This document shows, piece by piece, positions 59,846 through 64,000 of a stretch of 64,000 bases of DNA (positions are counted from its first letter, which is position 1; every line of letters begins with the position of its first letter). The stretch is from an uncultured Eggerthellaceae bacterium (GTDB lineage: Bacteria; Actinomycetota; Coriobacteriia; Coriobacteriales; Eggerthellaceae): assembly GCA_910588205.1 (NCBI GenBank), contig CAJUQK010000012.1, positions 467 to 64,466 of the forward strand. Reading direction: 5' to 3'. The notes beneath the pieces were generated by a model that was not told where the DNA came from, searched no databases, and saw nothing but the letters and a program-made list of their open reading frames with translations. Both the position numbers and the translations under genes were made by a program.

Positions 59846-60520
59846 GTGCCCATCGTTCATCTGCGCAAGCCGAAGCAACCCGTGGCGGGTTGCAGGCCGA
59901 CGATTTATCAGGCTTCGCTCCGGTCAGCGTCTCGTCTGTATGCGTCCGGAGCCTCCCCAATGCAGAGCTTCATGGCTGTTCCTGTCGATACGATTACTCG
60001 AATGCATGGATTATCCCATCGAGCGCAGGGGCTGGCAAGGAACGGATGCGTAGTTTCCGATGAAGCCGCAACTCAGGAGCGATGCGGTGCGTATCTAGGC
60101 CGCTGCTCTCCCTGACCGCTTGTTGAGGAGGGGCCTCTAGGCTCCGATGAGCCCGATCATCTCCACGGTGTCCTCGGTGATCATTTTGCACTTTGGACTT
60201 CTCTATCTGGATGTTGCCGCCGGTCATGACGTAGGAGGGCATGACACGCTTGCCACTGGCGCGTAGCAAGCATGACGATGTGCGGCAAGTATACCCTAGC
60301 GCCCGCGATGTTTCCGCTTGCGCTTTTGTGCCGGGTTGCGCGCTGCGCAAAGGGGCACTCCTGTAAATGGGGAGACTGTATCGCGAAAAAGAACATGCCG
60401 GACGCGTCTGGCAGATTGAGATGGCGATATCGACCGCAGATTATGGGGAGAAGCCTGCATGTCAGCTGGTATGCCTGTCACAAAAATGATATAGTTTTTG
60501 TGACACGAAAGGACGGAGAG

Positions 60521-61135
60521 ATGGGTGAGCAAAAAGCAATCGCGGAGCTGCTCTCCGGGGCAAAACCGGGGGAGGTCTTTGTGCCGTCCGATTTCGCTGA
60601 AGTGGGATCGGCGGACTCTGTCCGCAAGGCGTTGTCGCGATTGGTGAAAGCCGGAGAGCTGGAGCGCCCGATGCGAGGAATCTATCGCAAACCGCGATAT
60701 AGCGCTTTCCTTGATAAGGAGGTGCCTGCTAGCCCCGATGAGATAGCTGAGGCTCTCGCTCGTAAATTCGAATGGTGCATTGCGCCATATGGCGACACTG
60801 CCCTCAATAGGCTGGGTATCGATTCCCAAGTGCCGTCGGTTGTGCGCTATGTAAGCGATGGACCGTATCGAACCTACCAGTACGGCCCCTACACTATCGA
60901 GTTCCAGCATACGGCCAATCGCGATCTGTCGAGGCTCAGTCCGGTTGCGGCCACCGTGGTTCAGGCGTTGAAGGCGCTTGGCAAAGATGGGGTGACGCAG
61001 GACAAGCTGGATACCATCTCCTCACGGCTCGATGATTCTCAGATGGAGAAGCTGACATCAGAGACCCGCAACGCAACGTCGTGGGTGAGAACTGCAATTA
61101 GGGATATGCAGAAGAGGAGGCCTCAGCATGCGTGA
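60521..61135 (+). CDS. AbiEi-family (DUF6088-like) antitoxin
   Basis: VFVPSDFAEVGSADSVRKALSRLVKAGELERPMRGIYRKP…APYGDTALNRLGI. AAAGGACGGAGAG RBS before ATG 60521. Confidence 0.75.
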   Translation: MGEQKAIAELLSGAKPGEVFVPSDFAEVGSADSVRKALSRLVKAGELERPMRGIYRKPRYSAFLDKEVPASPDEIAEALARKFEWCIAPYGDTALNRLGIDSQVPSVVRYVSDGPYRTYQYGPYTIEFQHTANRDLSRLSPVAATVVQALKALGKDGVTQDKLDTISSRLDDSQMEKLTSETRNATSWVRTAIRDMQKRRPQHA

Positions 61136-62126
61136 ATTCGCGACGTTGCCGCAGGACGACCGCGCCGATGCTCTTGTTGTTGCCGCGCGGGGGAAGGGAA
61201 TGCACCCGGCCATAGTCGAGAAGGACTTCTGGGTCTGCTGGACACTCGACTATCTCTTCTCGGAATCTGCGTTCAGGGACTTCTTTGCTTTCAAGGGCGG
61301 AACGAGCCTCTCGAAGGGTTTCGATCTCATCGAGCGCTTCTCCGAGGATATTGATTTGATTTTCGATTGGAGGCTTCTGGGGTACGAGGAGAAAGAGCCT
61401 TGGGAGAAGAGGAGCAACACCAAACAAGACGCTTTCGTTAGACAGATCAACGAGCGCGCTGGGATATTCCTGCGCGACAACCTGATGCCCGAGATGCAGG
61501 CATATCTTGCCGAGCAGAATATTACGAATGCGGCGCTGCGCATTGATGAAGACGATCCGCAGACGCTCAGATTCTTTTACCCACAGTCGTTCTCGGACGA
61601 CTCTATTCTGCAGGAGATTCGCCTAGAGACAGGGGCTCTGGCTGCCTGGACGCCGACAACAGTGGCGCGTATCAGCCCCTATATCGCGGAGGAGTTCCCG
61701 GCGGCCTTCGCCCATCCGGCAACAGCTGTGCTGACCGTTTCTCCTGAAAGAACGTTCTGGGAAAAAGCGACCATCCTGCACAAGGAGGCATTTCGCACAA
61801 ACGGGAGATTTCCGTCCAGGTATTCCCGCCACTACTATGACCTCTACAAACTGGCGCAATCTGATGTCAAAGAAAAGGCGCTCGGTGACCAAGACCTTCT
61901 CAAAAGCGTTGTTGATTTCAAGATGACGTTCTGGCGCTCGAATGCGGCGCGTTACGATTTATTTGCTCCTGGAACGATGAGGCTCATGCCTCCGGACGGC
62001 TCAATACCCTTAGTCGAGCAAGATTACGCATCGATGCAGAACATGATTTTCGGAGAAGCACCAATCTTCGACGAGCTGATGTCGGAGATCGGTCGACTTG
62101 AGTCTGAAATCAACAGCTTCGTATGA
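61128..62126 (+). CDS. AbiEii/AbiGii-family nucleotidyltransferase toxin
   Basis: IVEKDFWVCWTL…FAFKGGTSLSKGFDLIERFSEDIDL is the hallmark NTase motif. 8-nt overlap with the antitoxin gene. Confidence 0.85.
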   Translation: MREFATLPQDDRADALVVAARGKGMHPAIVEKDFWVCWTLDYLFSESAFRDFFAFKGGTSLSKGFDLIERFSEDIDLIFDWRLLGYEEKEPWEKRSNTKQDAFVRQINERAGIFLRDNLMPEMQAYLAEQNITNAALRIDEDDPQTLRFFYPQSFSDDSILQEIRLETGALAAWTPTTVARISPYIAEEFPAAFAHPATAVLTVSPERTFWEKATILHKEAFRTNGRFPSRYSRHYYDLYKLAQSDVKEKALGDQDLLKSVVDFKMTFWRSNAARYDLFAPGTMRLMPPDGSIPLVEQDYASMQNMIFGEAPIFDELMSEIGRLESEINSFV

Positions 62127-62305
62127 TTGGGGGGTGTAGCGTTATGCATATCCCAAAGGCAAGAATCCGCGAGTTTAAGGCATTCAGGTCGTTCGAGCTT
62201 GAGATCAAAGATGGATTAAACATTCTTGTGGGAGATAACGATGCCGGCAAAAGCACGGTACTTGAAGCAGTGCACCTCGCCTTGACCTCTTCTTGTACTT
62301 TGTAA
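62123..62305 (+). pseudogene. N-terminal stub of an OLD/AAA_15-type ATP-dependent nuclease ATPase (truncated after Walker A)
   Basis: IREFKAFRSFELEIKDGLNILVGDNDAGKSTVLEAVHLAL, then a stop after 60 codons. Full-length family members are several hundred aa. Confidence 0.6.
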
Positions 62306-62411
62306 GGGCCAGTCCTGTCGGGACTGACCCTGGTTTATCTAGGCTTTTGCCTGTCTCCCGCCTTTGCATGAAGTTGGTTCTGGCAAGTGACGAGTCGTGT
62401 GGAGAAGCCGC

Positions 62412-63146
62412 CTATTCCTCCACTCCCCTCTGTCTTTGGAAGACGAGCATCGCTGCCAGGAACAATGCTGTGCACCAGATGGCGCTCGCCGCCGCTCCTG
62501 CGACGGTGGCTTCCATGGGGGCGTCGTAGTACGTGCTCGGATCGAGGCACGCCATGGCAATGCGGTAGGCGAAGCATCCCGGCATGAGGCATCCCCATGC
62601 AGTTCCGATGAACAAGCACGAGACGAATCCGTAGGCGATTCCGAGAGCACTGACCGCCACGGTGCTGCGCGAAAGGGAGGCGACGAGGGTGCCCGCGCAT
62701 GTTCCCACGACGATGATAGAGAGCGCCTCGAGCGCGAAGCCGGGCGCAAAGGCCACCCAGGTGGCAAGGCCATGGGGAAGGAACGCGCACAAAAGCCCGA
62801 GTGCGCCGAATTCGGCGGCTGCAATAGCCGTCGTAAGCGCCACGCCCACAAACATTTTCGCCAGAATGATCCGGCTTTTCGCTATGCCGTAGCTCATCCA
62901 CACGAGGCAGGTTCCATCACGCCACTCCCGGCACACCAGTGAGCCGGCCAGTATGAACACGGCCATGGGGAAGAACATGACAAACTGGTTGTTAACGAAG
63001 AAGATCATCTCTTCGGCATTGCCTTTGCCCCCTATAATGCACGCGGCGGTGCCGGTGACCACAGGCAGAAGCGCGAGAATCAGCGGGAACCACGGCGTGC
63101 GATCCCTCTTGAGTTTGGAAAACTCGTTGCGAATAAGAGTTTTCAT
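62412..63146 (-). CDS. ABC-2-type permease (lantibiotic/bacitracin-immunity-like)
   Basis: 6-TM profile with MKTLIRNEFSKLKRDR start. ATGA-type overlap with the ATPase gene. Confidence 0.8.
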   Translation of the reverse strand: MKTLIRNEFSKLKRDRTPWFPLILALLPVVTGTAACIIGGKGNAEEMIFFVNNQFVMFFPMAVFILAGSLVCREWRDGTCLVWMSYGIAKSRIILAKMFVGVALTTAIAAAEFGALGLLCAFLPHGLATWVAFAPGFALEALSIIVVGTCAGTLVASLSRSTVAVSALGIAYGFVSCLFIGTAWGCLMPGCFAYRIAMACLDPSTYYDAPMEATVAGAAASAIWCTALFLAAMLVFQRQRGVEE

Positions 63147-63835
63147 TGCAGGACCTCCTCTTGAGGCGACTTGAATGCTGATTCGTACAGGGTCTCCAGT
63201 GCGTCTGCGTTTGCTACGTCGGGAGAAGTTGCGACAATGCTGCCGCCGCGCACGAACACCAGCTCATCGGCGATGGCGGCGACCTCTCTCAGGTTGTGGC
63301 TGGAGACGATAATGCACCGGTCAGGTTTGCGCAGCGGACCTTGGAGCAGCTTCCTCACATCGCGTATCCCCAGGGGGTCGAGTCCGTTGGTCGGTTCGTC
63401 GAGTAGCAGGTGGCGCGCCGAGCCGAGGCAGGCCCGCGCAATGCCAAGGCGCTGTCGCATGCCCAGCGACATCTTCCTTACCTGGAGGTCGCATGCATGG
63501 GCGAGCCCCACCATGGCGAGGGCTTCTTCCGAGGAGACGCCCCTGTCTCCTCGATAGCGGATGTGGAGGTCGAGGTTCTCCCGGGCAGTCAGGCGTGGAT
63601 AAAACGCGGGATATTCGATGAGGGATCCGAATTCCTCGGCGCGCGCTGGATGCCCATCGATGAAGACGCTTCCCTCGCTGGCCGTGAGACCGATCATGGT
63701 CTTCAGCAGCGTTGTCTTGCCTGCGCCGTTGGGGCCGAGCAATCCGTATACCTTGCCGTCGTGGAAATCGTAATTCAGGTGGTTGAGAAGGCGCTTTCCT
63801 TTAACGGTGAGGCTTACCTCGCGAAGCTGTATCAA
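63143..63835 (-). CDS. ABC transporter ATP-binding protein
   Basis: Walker A GPNGAGKTT, signature LSLGMRQRL and Walker B LLLDEP. TTG start with an AGAGAGGAG RBS. Confidence 0.9.
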   Translation of the reverse strand: MIQLREVSLTVKGKRLLNHLNYDFHDGKVYGLLGPNGAGKTTLLKTMIGLTASEGSVFIDGHPARAEEFGSLIEYPAFYPRLTARENLDLHIRYRGDRGVSSEEALAMVGLAHACDLQVRKMSLGMRQRLGIARACLGSARHLLLDEPTNGLDPLGIRDVRKLLQGPLRKPDRCIIVSSHNLREVAAIADELVFVRGGSIVATSPDVANADALETLYESAFKSPQEEVLQ

Positions 63836-64000
63836 CAGAACTCCTCTCTGTCGCAGATGCCGGTAGGAGCGCGCGTCTCCATGCCCTGGCGGACGCCGGC
63901 GCTCTTCGGGTATCTTTGGGTTTGGAATAAAGTGGCTTGTCGCGCGTGGCGAATTAGCTTGCGAACAGCACGGCGTAGCAGACGATGCCGGCGAAGAATG

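Noticed and set aside
59994-60396. ORFs 59994..60350 and 60181..60396 on the minus strand, containing short protein-like stretches (…VMPSYVMTGGNIQIEKSKVQ… and, in another frame, MITEDTVEMIGLIGA).
   Set aside because: The frames are broken and no domain is recognisable. They are probably decayed gene remnants and are mentioned only under the defence-islet finding.
63832-63882. 16-codon minus-strand ORF (METRAPTGICDREEFC) overlapping the TTG start of the ABC ATPase. It could be a leader or a bacteriocin-like peptide.
   Set aside because: It is too short, has no leader or core features of lantibiotics, and there is no modification gene in the window.
63955-64000. Possible 3' end of a minus-strand membrane-protein gene (…FFAGIVCYAVLFAS-stop) at the window edge.
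   Set aside because: Only 15 codons are visible, so it cannot be supported.

Overview
High-GC Gram-positive mosaic, probably Actinobacteria/Coriobacteriia-like (inferred from an actinobacterial-type mIHF, Tat/lipobox signals and codon bias). Almost all of it is accessory DNA. (1) Positions 1 to about 30.8 kb are part of a conjugative element whose left end lies outside the window. It carries a LexA-box-controlled SRAP/UmuC-like damage-tolerance cassette and ssDNA-handling genes (SSB, YraN-like nuclease, DprA). It also has a Gram-positive-type T4SS (VirD4-type coupling protein, VirB6-like, PrgI/VirB3-like, split VirB4, CHAP hydrolase) and a TadZ-like pseudo-ATPase coupled to a 1353-aa ester-bond-repeat adhesin with a class B sortase. 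An embedded AbiE module, a DinJ-like gene and a relaxase operon with two RHH accessory proteins complete it. (2) Positions 30.8 to 45.6 kb are a visibly AT-richer cargo block. It holds YfcE, a RAYT remnant, a DUF4430 protein paired with a 1270-aa beta-propeller surface protein, and a NAT-like (Cys->Ser)-USP fusion. It also holds SufS/SufE, an isomerase-like gene, a PucR-type regulator and a GPH transporter. Three of its promoters share one 19-bp palindromic operator. (3) Positions 45.6 to 52.1 kb are an integrative module (XRE, sigma-region-4 protein, DUF3846, ParB-like, element-borne mIHF, Xis, tyrosine integrase). It abuts tRNA-Gly(CCC), which is followed by tRNA 3'-fragment att scars. (4) Positions 52.8 to 64 kb look more chromosomal: AraC-GNAT, two MATE pumps, MarR/SRPBCC and an ABC-2 exporter. 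This stretch is interrupted by a truncated adhesin remnant and by a second AbiE module with a truncated OLD/AAA ATPase stub. No rRNA genes or CRISPR arrays were seen. All functional calls come from motif recognition by eye, with no searches run. Many long antisense ORFs in the track are GC-driven shadows.
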